A DNA stretch of 62,939 bases, the filler included, from Octopus bimaculoides (Eukaryota): the NCBI RefSeq assembly GCF_001194135.2. It is 5 parts of 5 records of this genome, joined end to end, with 100 filler letters (N's around TTAATTAATTAA, not from the genome) between each part and the next. Parts side by side here need not be neighbours in the genome. Positions count along the whole stretch, not along the records: positions 27,193 to 43,470 come from NC_068985.1; positions 43,571 to 54,127 come from NC_068982.1; positions 54,228 to 60,833 come from NC_068987.1; 2 more parts are not named here. One strand, given 5' to 3'. The position numbers were made by a program, and so were the translations under genes. The notes below the pieces were generated by a model. That model saw only the letters and a list, made by a program, of their open reading frames with translations, was not told the DNA's origin and did no database searches. Below, in pieces: positions 41,801-54,989 of this stretch; position 1 is the first letter of the stretch; each line of letters opens with the position of its first letter.

Positions 41801-43572
41801 TAAAGCAGAAAAAAAAGGAAGAAAGAAAATTTGCTCAAAGCGAGTGCTTTAACATATACAGCGCGACGGGCCGCGATCGTGGCCCGGATAGATGTATTTA
41901 ATTTATGGGGCGTTTGTTGGGGTCTAATGTCACTCAAACGCTCCGATACCCCCCAGAATGCAAGAGGACTAATAGTTCAACTAATGACTTTTCAGATGAT
42001 GTAAAACTTGCCACCATTATATATCAAGAAGATATTTTAACTATTTTTTTGTTTTTATGTGTGCATGGTCGTCTCATTTTTATAAAATGTGCTCAGCAGT
42101 CCATGCTATGTAAGTGCAAATCCCAGCGCTTTATGGGTTAATGAAATTCCAGCCTTAAAGACAAATTATAGAATGATAAAAATCAGACTAAATGATGTTA
42201 TTGAATAAATGACATATATTTTAAATATCTTGAAATTGAGCAATATTTTCGATAATATTTGGCAGCTTCAAATACGGTGATAAATGCAATTTAGCTTGGC
42301 GAAATTGCTCCAGCATTTAATTATCGTACACTTTAAGCAATCAACTACCTCGTTAAGAATATTTTCTAGTGTCATAGACAATTTGTCCATAGCTTTTTTG
42401 AAAGTGAACAAAGATTTACAGGTAGTTTACGTACTATATGTATCTTTAGATACACTATATCTAGAAGATTAGTGTACAGTGATTATTGATAAAAACATTC
42501 TTTTTTTTTACTTCTTTGAAATAAGAAATAAAAGAATTATTTACTATGCTACACACACACATATATATATATATTATATTATATTATATATATAGTTGGA
42601 TTCGATAGGAATAGTTTTAGGAAACAAGCTACTTGGAATAAGTACAAAAAGTGTATATAACATGGGGAAATAGTAAAATTAGAATCAAGCACTGAAAAGA
42701 AAACATCAAATACAAGAATAATAACTAAAAGAACTACTGAAAATTTATCTAATAAACAATAATTTACAATAAAAGGCATAACTACAGGGTTTTACCCCCC
42801 AGACTTTGAAGTCTTGGGGTCTGTAAAACCCTGTAGTTATGCCCAATAATAACAAAAGACAATATTATTTTCGTTGGGTAGGGAGATTAACTAAAATACG
42901 AAATGACACTGTCGTTTACCAAACATTAGTATGGTACGAATAGGGACATTGCCGGGAGGGATAATGTTAATATACCTTCAATTAAATCTATTGTTTATCG
43001 AAAACTAAATATTTACCGATAGATAAAACACGTTCTTAAATACGACCGTAATCTTCAGGTTTGAAGAGATGAAGTGTTAATCGACAAGACAAACACCAAA
43101 CAGTATCAAAGAAAAAACCCATGCAAGGGAGACGACTGTGGTTATTTTAAACAACTCTTTTTATTATATTTTTTCCTAGTAGAGTTTTAATCGGACAAAT
43201 CTACCCCAGTATTTACTTTGGAAAGACTTCCTCCCGTCTCCCTCCCCCATTTTCTCGCAAATTATTATTTTTTTTTTCCGAAAACCCCCGTTTTCGGATA
43301 CAGAGATTCCAGAAAATTGACAAAAATCGGCATTTTGAAAATTTTGCCCCCTCCTTCCCCCCTTTCCCCGCCAAATTCCTTTATTTTCCACTTTTTTCCC
43401 TAACCCTAACCCTAAAATCCTAATTATAACCCTAACCCTAACTACATTTTTTTCAGAAACATAATCTCCGNNNNNNNNNNNNNNNNNNNNNNNNNNNNNN
43501 NNNNNNNNNNNNNNTTAATTAATTAANNNNNNNNNNNNNNNNNNNNNNNNNNNNNNNNNNNNNNNNNNNNTA

Positions 43573-43637
<65 letters not shown>

Positions 43638-44279
43638 ATCAAAGAGAGATGTTGTCTATTTGTCTGTTTGTTCCACCATCTCATTTATAAGCGTGGGTGT
43701 TTTGCCCCACTTTCACAGTTTAACTATGGTGATAATAATGATGATGATAGTGTAACCAGAGCTAAAGTGCGAAAATCCAAAGAACCGACACCTTTCAATC
43801 TTTCTCTCTCTTTCTATTTATCCTTCTGTCTTTCTGTTCGGCCGGAAATTGTCCTGTGGCGTGAATGATCAGCGTTCATGACAATGACAACCACCACACC
43901 ATATACATTTATTCATTTATTTATTCAAGGATGGTCTTTTCTGCACAATTAAATACAGTCAATCGCCCACACACTCTCTCTCTAATGACTGCCACAAGTA
44001 AAACCTAAAAACAAAAAAAAATATAACATGGTGGGGTCGCTACGTCCAATTAAAAATTCTTCAAGGCGATGCCCCAGCATGGCCACAATCTAATGAGTGA
44101 AACAAGTAAAAGGTGAAAAGGTAAAAGAAAATTATAAGAGTGGGTGTTATGTCCACTTTCACCAGTAGAGCGGAACTCTAAAGAAATGACGCCGCTATTT
44201 TTTTATCTATCTGTCTGTCTCGCACGTACGCACGCACGCACGCACGCACACACATACACACTTGTATATTCATTCATGT

Positions 44280-45067
44280 CTCAGATATACCTATTTTTCT
44301 AAATTCTCCGTTCAGATATAAATATACAAATTTCTTTCACATAAGCAGAGACAATCTGACAGTGAAGCCACAGGCACACAGACACAAATTCAAAGCAAAA
44401 CGAAAATCATCGACACAACAACAAAAGGAGAGCCACACAATGCCTTGCCCTGCGTTCCTGTACATATAGCGTCGGAATTTCAGCAAAAAAACAGACACCA
44501 TTCAGCATTTGTAAATTCATTTCACTATTACTTACTGATAGTCACACGTCATTTGTACTTTCATTTTCACTACAACTTACTGATATTCCTTATCAAAAAC
44601 GTTTCTCATTCCCTTAAGCTATTCTTCTATATGATATACCTATATTTCCTTGCATTACTGTAACATAGCGTCTGAATTTCATTTCACCATTACTTATTGA
44701 TATTTATTATCAAAAAATGTCTCAAAAAAAAAAAAAAAAAAAGACCGTCACAAACGAACACCAAACAAACGCACTACGTGCACCAGAAAACGACGATGAG
44801 ACACGCGAACGGCTTGCAGATCAGCGACCGAGAAAGAAAGCTCGCCGTGCATTTCAAACCGAACACCAACGAAATGTTAGATAAATAAAATAACACACAC
44901 AACTCACTTATTGTCATATAAACAAACACAAGTTCATATATGATATTGATCTTTCTTCTACTTCAATTATTACATAGTTTTCTCTTCTAAAAATGCACAC
45001 ACACAGGTTCAATGTGGCTCCCGATAAAGAGTAAAAGTAATTATCCGATCAACGACGGGTTTTACTG

Positions 45068-45071
<4 letters not shown>
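44280..45071 (+). mobile_element. Non-autonomous Helitron-like element
   Basis: 3' end CCGATCAACGACGGG...CTAG (45068-45071); internal ENDDETRERLADQR remnant. 5' boundary uncertain. Confidence 0.5.
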
Positions 45072-45135
<64 letters not shown>

Positions 45136-45880
45136 CATACATACATGTATATTTTATATCTATCTATCTGTCTGTCTATCATTGAACATCTGATAATGAA
45201 TGGTAATTAGAGGATATCTTTCGCCATGTGCTATTAGTTGTTGTTTTCTTGACCAGTCGAAACCTGAATCAAAAATAATTCAGTTTGTTCGCTTGCAAGA
45301 TTTATTATTGTTTAGACTATAGAAGAATTGGTCTTGTCACTCTTTCGGATGTGTCTGACAAGTTGACATAAAAACATTTGAATCAGAATTAGCAAACAGC
45401 CAAACGGACAACTGATTTAAGCGACCGATCAGTGCAAGGTAGGATGTCGATAAGAGGATACAAATATATATGAACAACGACTGCGTCTAGAGATAAGAAA
45501 TAGGTTGAGTGGAAATGGAGAGTGTTGATCAGAGTAAGGTTATGTGCAAAGGAGATTAGCTGGTGAAAACTATTAAGTTTACTATAAGTTGTACAGCCAA
45601 CTCGAAATGGCGTAGGTCATGGCTGTGTGCTTAAGAAGTTTGCTTCGCAACCACGTGGTTTTGAGTTCAAGTTCAATGAGTCATACCTTGGGCAAGTTTT
45701 TTTCTTTACTATAACCTCACAACGACCAAAGCCTTGGGCGTAAATATGGCAAACGGAAGCCTATTTGTATATTAGCAAAATATAGAGTAACCCATCAGAT
45801 CAATATAAAATTGTATATATTATAACTGAGCATAAAACAGACATTAATATACATACATGCATGCATACATACATAATATA

Positions 45881-46097
45881 TACGAGAGGATGCTTAAAAT
45901 TTCCTGGCTTTGAGTTAAAGAAAATGCAGAAAATACAGTTATGATTTTATGCAACATATTCTCCTTTCAGATTCATACACTTATCGCAACAGTCCTTTAG
46001 TTTTTCTAAGCCCTGTAAAAGAACTCGGAAGGTTGGACCTCCAGCCAGGCCTTTCGCGACACCCTTAAAGTCAAGAACTTTTCAGCATCCCCTCGTA
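45881..46097. mobile_element. Mariner-derived MITE
   Basis: TACGAGAGGATGCTTAAAATTTC...GAACTTTTCAGCATCCCCTCGTA; body is the reverse complement of 11127-11351. Confidence 0.75.
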
Positions 46098-47669
46098 TAT
46101 ATAAAGAATGGGTAAGAACTTGTCACGGAAGGTACGGCTATATTCATTGGACTGATCAATCAGGAGTGATCTGGGGTTAAACAACAGCTACTTCGACTTT
46201 AAGGAATTGGTTCACAAACTTCCTTCATCTATCAGCAATTGTTCCACTTTCAGTAGACGGAATGGAAAATGAGGTCACAGTCTAGTGCTGACAGCTATAC
46301 TGTTCAAATATCATTTTCCGTGTCTCTGTGATTAGTATCAATTGGAAGGCAGAAGCCAGACGACCACTAGTCACACGAAACTGCAGGCTTTACGTCAAAA
46401 TGTGTCTCTTCTAGAAGGATGCTGTGACAACATCTAGTTTTATTGCGTGCTCTGACACCAACCAAGGGTATTTCTGCGACTCCATGCTCAGATGTATTAA
46501 TCTCACTAATTATATGTATAGGACACTATATANNNNNNNNNNNNNNNNNNNNNNNNNNNNNNNTATATATAGCAATAAGAAAATGAAGGGGAATATGTGG
46601 TAGTCATCAACTTGCATACATTGTATTATGTCAATTTACCTGTTTATTTTTCAACTAAGAGGACAATAAAAACAATATGCAAACACATATGACATATTAT
46701 GTCATATCAGTAATTAAAAATTAAAAAGGACATCTAGTGACCGAAGAAGGGACAATGTCTTACAGCAGTTTCAGCCTAGAGGTGACATGCCTCATTCTAT
46801 CTATATAACTCCAGTAGGCTGGAGCAATTGATAGATGAAATAGATGAAATAGAGGTACATGTATGATTCTCTAGGCCTCTTCAGAGATTTGCAAAGGTCA
46901 TGAAGTTAATTTACAATATCCAAATATAAATATAAAAAAAACATATAAAAAAATCGTAAAAGCTCACATATATATGCATATGCATGCATACTTTAACATA
47001 TATAGATATACATAAATAAATAAACATAATGCATGAATGCATACATGTACATTTAAATGTACATACATAAACGTCTATACATGTACACCAATGAGTCAAT
47101 TGTTATTGTTATTATACATGAGGAGGACACACACATATATATATATATATATACCCAACCACACATACATAGATACATACACATATGTATATATATAAAT
47201 ATTCCCGTATATACACGTTCCCCGGTAGTGAAGAACAAATATGTAATCCGTGTGTTTGGCAAAAGAAAAAGAAAGACCATTCCGAAAAAAAAAAAAAATA
47301 TATATATATAATACAGATACACACGTGAGCACATAAGTACAAAACAAGGTGGAAAAAATAGTCCTCGAATAATGTGAAGAGTAGAATAATATGCTTTTAT
47401 TAAAGCTGCAAAATTAGCCCAAGACTGTTACTCAGAGTCTCATGTTCCCGTTTCATCACACCTGTCCGATGAACAGGAGCGCAAAACTCTGAGTAACAGT
47501 CTTGGAATAATTTTGCGGAGCTTTCTAGGTGCAATCCCATAGTCATTCATAACCGAAGGAGGTTTGCATTCTTTATTCTTTATATACATGTGTGTATGTA
47601 TGTATATATATATATATATATATATACAAGAGCATATTGCTGGGCTATTTAATTCAAATATTGTTGTAT

Positions 47670-47944
47670 TTCTTCACTCGTTTATTACTGTTCTTATTTT
47701 AACTCATGTCCATTGTCCGGAAATCTTTCGTCACACATCTGTGACCTCTTCAGTGATACTTTCCGTCCTCAAGTGTGCTACTGCTTCGCTTAGTCTATTC
47801 TTAGTCTATTAGAGAATGGACTAAGCAGAGCAAGAGCACACATGAGGACGGAAAGTATCACTGAAGAAGTCACAGATGTGTGACGAAAGATTTCCGGTCA
47901 ATGGACACGAGTTAAAATAAGAACAGTAATAAACGAGTGAAGAA
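47670..47944. repeat. Long inverted repeat (~132-bp arms, 11-nt loop) with hammerhead-like cores
   Basis: 47670-47801 pairs with 47813-47944; CTGAAGA-A-GTCAC-agatgt-GTGAC-GAAA at 47861-47888. Confidence 0.85.
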
Positions 47945-48379
47945 CGAATATATAGTGCGTGTGTTTATTGGGTGGGTGGGGTTGGAGAAAAAAACCCCTA
48001 AAACAAATGGCCATTCCAAAATACAAGAATATCTGTTTCAACACACGGTTTCACAACAGGAATCTTGCAACACAAATTCATGGACTTAATTCAAATAAAT
48101 ATTTGAATAGAATTCTGACGTTATACACTGTCCAAATGTTGGGGATTGAATCACATTTCAGTTATCGATTGTATAAAAAATCGTGTATGGTATCTATTGT
48201 GGAACCATAGACGATTATTGCTACCTATTTTGTCGATCTCAAGTATTTGTGGGCAAAGTCGAACTCAGGCTGAATTTCAACTAAGAAAGTAAAAGGACGT
48301 AACTTGATGCGTTCCATTCTCACTGCTCTCATTGAATTATTCAAGTAAATGTAAATCTCCCACGTTGTTATGAAGCTGG

Positions 48380-48610
48380 TAGTGGTTGTGATAGTGGTGG
48401 TGATAATGATAGCGATAGTGGTAGTTGTGAGTTTTGGCTGTAGTGGTGGTGGTAGTTGTGGTGGTGGTAGTTGTGGTGGTGGTAGTTGTGATGGTGGTGG
48501 TGATGAAGGTGAGAAAATGTTGAACAAAATAGACAATAAAAAGAAAAATATAATGGTGGGCGAATCCACTAAGATAATTATTCCTGCTACTGTTGCTGGT
48601 AGTGGTGGTG

Positions 48611-48666
<56 letters not shown>

Positions 48667-48670
48667 GCTA

Positions 48671-48748
<78 letters not shown>

Positions 48749-48908
48749 GTAGTATCATAACTTCTACTGCTTCTATGAAACCTGTTGTATACATCATTAC
48801 CGTCGTTGTCTTCACCACCACCACCACCACCACCACCACCACCACCACTACCACCACCATGTCCATCACCACAACCATCACACCACCACTACCACTATGA
48901 TGATGAGG

Positions 48909-48941
<33 letters not shown>

Positions 48942-48945
48942 GTCA
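48380..48945. repeat. Compound trinucleotide microsatellite (GGT/ACT/GCT/CCA/TCA)
   Basis: Directly visible. Confidence 0.95.
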
Positions 48946-51198
48946 TTACCAACACCACAGGCGTTTCTTAAATAGGAATGAGTGATCCAAATAGTGACGT
49001 GTGTTAGATGTATGAATTAATGTTTATTGACGCAGAGATTTAAGGTTAATCCTCTTTCAGACCTTGAATAACTCGTAGGCTGAAGTTGATGTTGATAAAT
49101 TACTGTGACTGATAACCGTCACCCTCATTATCTTCATCGTTGTCGTCGTTGTCATCATCAGCCTCACCACCACCACATTTATGGCCTACCCTACTCAAAT
49201 GGACTTGGTCGTAATAACGATTTGATAATTATGACAGCTTTTTTAGCGGCAGAGATTATTTTGATAAACCCGGAAAGTATATTGTATAGTATTTGATATA
49301 CCTGTACTTGTCTAATATATGACAGTCTCTTGTCGATCGTGACTTTGAATGAAATGAAAGATTCGAAAGGCCTTTAGATATATCTAGTTTGAAGGGGGAT
49401 AGTTATTTGTAACCGTAATTCGCAACTGGAAATATAGGGCGGAATGTGAGCCCTATATACATTGTTCCGGTGGGTGAGTATCTGAAGTAAGCGTATGTAT
49501 TAATATCTTTATGCGAAGAGGCACAAACACACAAAAAAATGTATAAGTGATTATGAAAAGATGCAGAAATGTAATATCAAAGATAAAGAGCCATTCATAC
49601 ATATACATCCAGCTGTCAGATCTATACATATGCACTTAAATTCCTAAATTTGTAAACGAATTTTTAAGAACAGAAGAGAATTATATAGGAGGATTATAGT
49701 CGGGATTAACATAAGTTCTCATTCGTCGAATGAGGGCTAAATGTTATCATTGCCTACTATGATAAAAAAACAAAACAAAAACAAACTAAATTTAGGATCC
49801 CAACTGGCCGGCACACACACACACACATATGCACGCACGCACACACACATAAAGGGAAAGAATAGGGATTTGTTGAAAAATGGGTAGGTACATAATGACT
49901 GCTCTGATACAATCTAGATCTGGCTAACCACATCAAATGACAGGGAACATTCAGAATTGTTGAAGGTAACAAATGACACTGATTCGCTTCATTGGGATTT
50001 ATACAGTATGCAGAGTATAAATCAAGACATCATAAAGACGAACGGAGAAGTACACATCTTCAGAAGTTATTTGTTAAAGTATTATTTTCATCAAATTCCA
50101 ATCTGACACGTGTTTCTGCTGGATGAGTGTCCAAGTGTCCTTTGATTTAGCAGATATGTGCATTTAGTTGATTTATGTAATTGCGTTAATTCATCCAAAA
50201 GTTGACATTCCTATGCAGTTGCACACACTCATACACACACACACAAACACACACACATATATATGCACATACACACACACACATATATATATACATATAT
50301 ATACACATACATATATATATATATGCACGTGTGTGTGTATATACAGACATATATATGCGCGCGCGTGTATATATATATATTGTTATATTTGAGGATGGTC
50401 ATATTTTGCCAATTAAACACATGCACTATATGTTTGGTCCTCAGTTTAGCTTTATTATCATTATAATTAATTTTGCTCATCAGTTCTCAACCAGCATACT
50501 CAATTAGAATAAGAAGGCTCAGTTAATAACATAGGTGCTAAGGTATTATCAATGCATAGAACAGTCTCGACACAGATTACGGAGGCCACACACATAGTAA
50601 TAGACAGGACGAGCCTCAACAGAAAACATGAATGGAATAACAGCCCTCTTCCACTCCACCACACTGCGCAACCTGACGATTAAAGATAGACTGAAAAAGA
50701 AACATACAGAAATACAAACAGTATAATACATAAGCCCGTATACGCACCAAAGGACACACATACATATACTAAAGACGGAATGAAAAAGAAAAGAAAACAA
50801 ACACGTAAATTAACGAATAAAACAACTAAATAAAAGACACGGATACAGTGTAGTAAGTAAACTCATAAACATGCACACAAAACACACATGCAAAACTCGT
50901 AGAACGCACACACACCAAAACACAAGTGCAAACGCATGCACACATAAGCATACATACCACAGAAAGACAAAATGGACTAAGCAAAACACGAGGAGATACG
51001 TGGGATAAAGATTCGTTAAAAAATCTTTATCTGATAGGTAAAAGATTCCTGTCTGTAGGAGAGACAGGACTCTTTTACCTACGTTAGTTTTTACATTAAG
51101 AGAAAAGAGGGTGTTAGTAGTTGGCGAACTAAATTATTTTCCTAAGTATATTCTTAGGTCCATCGTTATTATTCTTGTTATTATTCGATGGGTTATAC

Positions 51199-51418
51199 AA
51201 GGCGGCGAGCTGGCAAAATCTTTAGCACGCCGGGCAAAATGCTTAGCTGCATTTCGTTCATCTTTACGTTCTGAGTTCAAATTCCGCCGAGGTCGACTTT
51301 GCCTTTCATCCTTTCGGGGTCGATAGATTAAGTACCAGTCAAGTACTGGGATCGATGTGATCGACTATCCCCTTCCCCACAAATTTCAGGCCTTGTGCCT
51401 TTAGTAGAAAGGATTATT
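51199..51418 (+). mobile_element. Near-complete tRNA-derived SINE
   Basis: GGCGGCGAGCTGGCA...GAGTTCAAATTCCGCC head; GCCTTTCATCCTTTCGGGGTCGATA...AGTACCAG body. Confidence 0.8.
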
Positions 51419-53110
51419 AGACGGGTAGTATATTAATTTATCCTTAAAGCCACTAACCATGGAGGTCTGCCCCAAAAGGGGCTAAATCTTTAACCGTAGG
51501 AGGGTTTTTAGGCATCTTTGAATTAAATTGTAACGTTCAGTAGTAGAGTGAGATAGTGTAGTCTTCAACTGTCTCGAGGTGTATCCTGTGGTATAGGTTA
51601 TTCGGTGGTTTACATATGTCCTTAGCAGAGTAATAGTGTGTAAAGTGGTAAAATCGTTAGAGTCACTCAAGTTAGCGAAGCTATCACGCCAAATATATGA
51701 AGGTTCTGAATTTGTAGTAGAAAGCCACTTGTGGAGGTATACAGTGTACTGTTCCGTGATCAACAAAAAAGTGTAGGTTACTTAGGTGGTTTCCTATTAG
51801 AAAAAATTTTTGGGAAGGATGTGAAATGGAATATCAGAAGACTTAATTAGGCTTGCGTATCAGAAGGCTTTAAGTAAGGTGGAATTTCACGACAGCGAAC
51901 CCCCCCCCCCAAAAAAAAAAAAACAAAATAAAAAAATTAAAAAGATATCGTTACAAAAATATATTTGATTTACTCTATCACATGTGGACAAGAGATGACT
52001 AATAGCTGAGCGAAGTTGGTGTGTGAGATTTATAACTTCCTTTTGTGTGAAACCCATCTGGATTAATATAAGTTACACAAAGACCTTTCATACTTACTTC
52101 GTGAAAGATTATAATAGTTAATTCTTCCCGATTAGGGTTGCGGTTAGCCACATATAGGGTCAGTTGGAAGAAACGAACATCGGCATTTCTCACTTTAGCT
52201 GCAGATGGTGAAATATGTTGACAGGTCGCCAGTTGGTCACTAACTCACTACAAAAAAACTTAGTTCTCTGTAATGCTGAGAACCGGTTTGCTGATATTAC
52301 TGCGCCTTAGCTCCGACTTGCTGGCTGCCGTAGCACTACTGTGCTACTACGCGGTAACGCACTAGCTTATGTGACTCACTACAAAAGTACTCCATCTGGT
52401 GAGAGATAAATCATATTTAATAAAAATATGTATAAATATATCTTACATAAAATAGACGTGTGTGTGTATATTCGCTTTTCACGTGAAAACGGCTGCGCGA
52501 ATTGCTTCTATACTTGGGTTGTATGAATAATTTGACCTCGGATACATATAATATTGCTTTATATATCTGATTCACTTCTTTAAAAAGGTTTCCCAATGTC
52601 AACTTCCGGTATTGATGTAGCAACAGCGAAAGTTTCCGTTTTCATTTGCGAAACCTTTCACTTTCTATTTTAATGTTTTCATTTCAAGTTTTAATTAACC
52701 ATTTGCAAACAGCTACGATGGATTACTGAAAAAAAATTTACTAAGTTCACAAGTTTAAATATTCAGTACAAGATAGTTTTTAACGAGCTTTTATTTATAC
52801 GATTTTTCATTTCATGTTTATTTCGTTCATTCTTTGCAATGTTCTCCCCCACACTCTCTCTGTCTGTCTGTCTCTCTGTCACACACACACACACACCAGG
52901 TTTGATTGCACAAATATCACATTAGAATTTTGCAATTCAACATAGGGCGTCGATAATAATATGGGCATTCTTTCGCTTGAACACACACACTTCGTTAATT
53001 TCCGTAAAATTTATTTATTTATTTAATATTTGCGCGCCGTGTTTAGCTCTGTATTTGTAGTCAGCCACACATGCTACGTGTGTTTTTGTATGTACGCTTG
53101 TATATATTTA

Positions 53111-53155
<45 letters not shown>

Positions 53156-53333
53156 NNNNNNNNNNNNNNNNNNNNNNNNNNNNNNNNNNNNNNNNNNNNN
53201 NNNNNNNNNNNNNNNNNNNNNNNNNNNNNNNNNNNNNNNNNNNNNNNNNNNNNNNNNNNNNNNNNNNNNNNNNNNNNNNNNNNNNNNNNNNNNNNNNNNN
53301 NNNNNNNNNNNNNNNNNNNNNNNNNNNNNNNNN

Positions 53334-53384
<51 letters not shown>

Positions 53385-53624
53385 ATATAGAGAGATAGAT
53401 AGATAGAGAGATAGATAGATAGATAGAAAGAAATATATATAGAGAGAAAGATAGAGAGAGAGAGAGTGAGAGAGTGATGCGACTACTTACAACTCCTTTT
53501 GCATGAAGTACGTTGTCCCAAATCATTCCAAGATTCGAGGAGGGTAAATGATCATGTGTGTGAAACTTACAGGGAAGCATGCTATCTACAAGGTTTTTAG
53601 GAAAATGAGCTTTAGGACCTTGCA

Positions 53625-54010
53625 TTAATTAAAGCATCAGTATCAGATTCTCCAAGGAAACTCTATAACGTTTTTGCAATTATACTGAACATGTGTCAAT
53701 TTGGCAGTCCCCTACATCTTTGGATGAAACATCGTGAGGATATGGTTGAGGACTTAAAATATGCAGTTCAATAGGCAAACCCAGATATCAATATTCAGTT
53801 CTGTGAAACAATTGTTAACCAAGCACTGATTGAGAGTGAGGATCAAGTTTTGGCTACGGGAGGTAAAAATTTGCAAGATTCTGGCTCTGGACCGCCAAAA
53901 ACAAACCGTCAAATTAGTGATTTAACTTCAAGAGACATAACAAGAAAGACAAATTATGACATCACAGAGTTGGCTGCATTTGCGAATAAACATGAACCTA
54001 AAATTCTTTC
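53625..54010 (+). mobile_element. Helitron Rep/Hel linker fragment
   Basis: ASVSDSPRKLYNVFAIILNMCQFGSPLHLWMKHREDMVED...VNQALIESEDQVLATGGKNLQD with one internal stop. Confidence 0.8.
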
Positions 54011-54989
54011 AAAAGAACCTAAACTTATATATATATATACGACGGGCTTCTTCCAGTTTCCGTCTACCAAATCCACTCACAAGGCTTTGGTCGGCCCGAG
54101 GGCATAGTAGAAGACACTTGCCCAAGANNNNNNNNNNNNNNNNNNNNNNNNNNNNNNNNNNNNNNNNNNNNTTAATTAATTAANNNNNNNNNNNNNNNNN
54201 NNNNNNNNNNNNNNNNNNNNNNNNNNNAGAAACACAGCAGTGTTTAACGTGAGATTAAATGTTTAGATCGGTAACAGAAATGAGAGTTAAAAATCGTAAT
54301 TTTTAAAGGGAGTTAGAGACAAATTTCAGTCAGGTTTGGGCTAAGGAGCAAAAACTTCAGCAAGTAGATGCGAAGACGATGGATCGCGTGAGATAGAGAA
54401 AAAATACATAAACAATCATGAATTCAAGACATAAATGTTAGCATTTACGATAATTTCAATTTACTAGTTTTAGCGAATATCATCAGAATGCGAAAAATAA
54501 ATTGATACATCAGTAATGGTAAAATAGACAAAATTTGTTAGTCTTACATTTTATTATGTTCTTAAGTTGGTTATTCTGCTGAGGAGTGGATTTCATTGTA
54601 GTAGATTGGTTAGTTTATGGTTCTGTCGGGTAATTAAAGTGGGGTGTATATTAATTTGGTGTGGAATCCCAAGTTTGACTAACCACATTTTTTGCGCACG
54701 TGTGTATTAGATTGGGTTTAATCAGCGGTGAGTTTTAGTCACCGGTGGTGTAAGTGAAAGGGGATAACCTAAGGTGAAAAGGGAGCTAACTCAAACCAGA
54801 TCATTTACACTAGGGAAAGTGGTTTATGGCTACAGTTTAGGAAGTTCATAGTGGCCCTATGTAGGTGTAAAGTAAATTATTATGGAATGTGGAGAGCGAG
54901 TGGGGTTGAGGGGTGACTGTTTATGTGTAAGTGTTTAAGGTAGTTCCCAGCTAATTAGACTTATATAGATGAATATGCTAGTGTGGGAT

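Noticed and set aside
48225-48985. Poly-Thr / poly-Val / poly-Pro-His ORFs (mucin-like)
   Set aside because: Translations of trinucleotide microsatellites with no splice or domain support.
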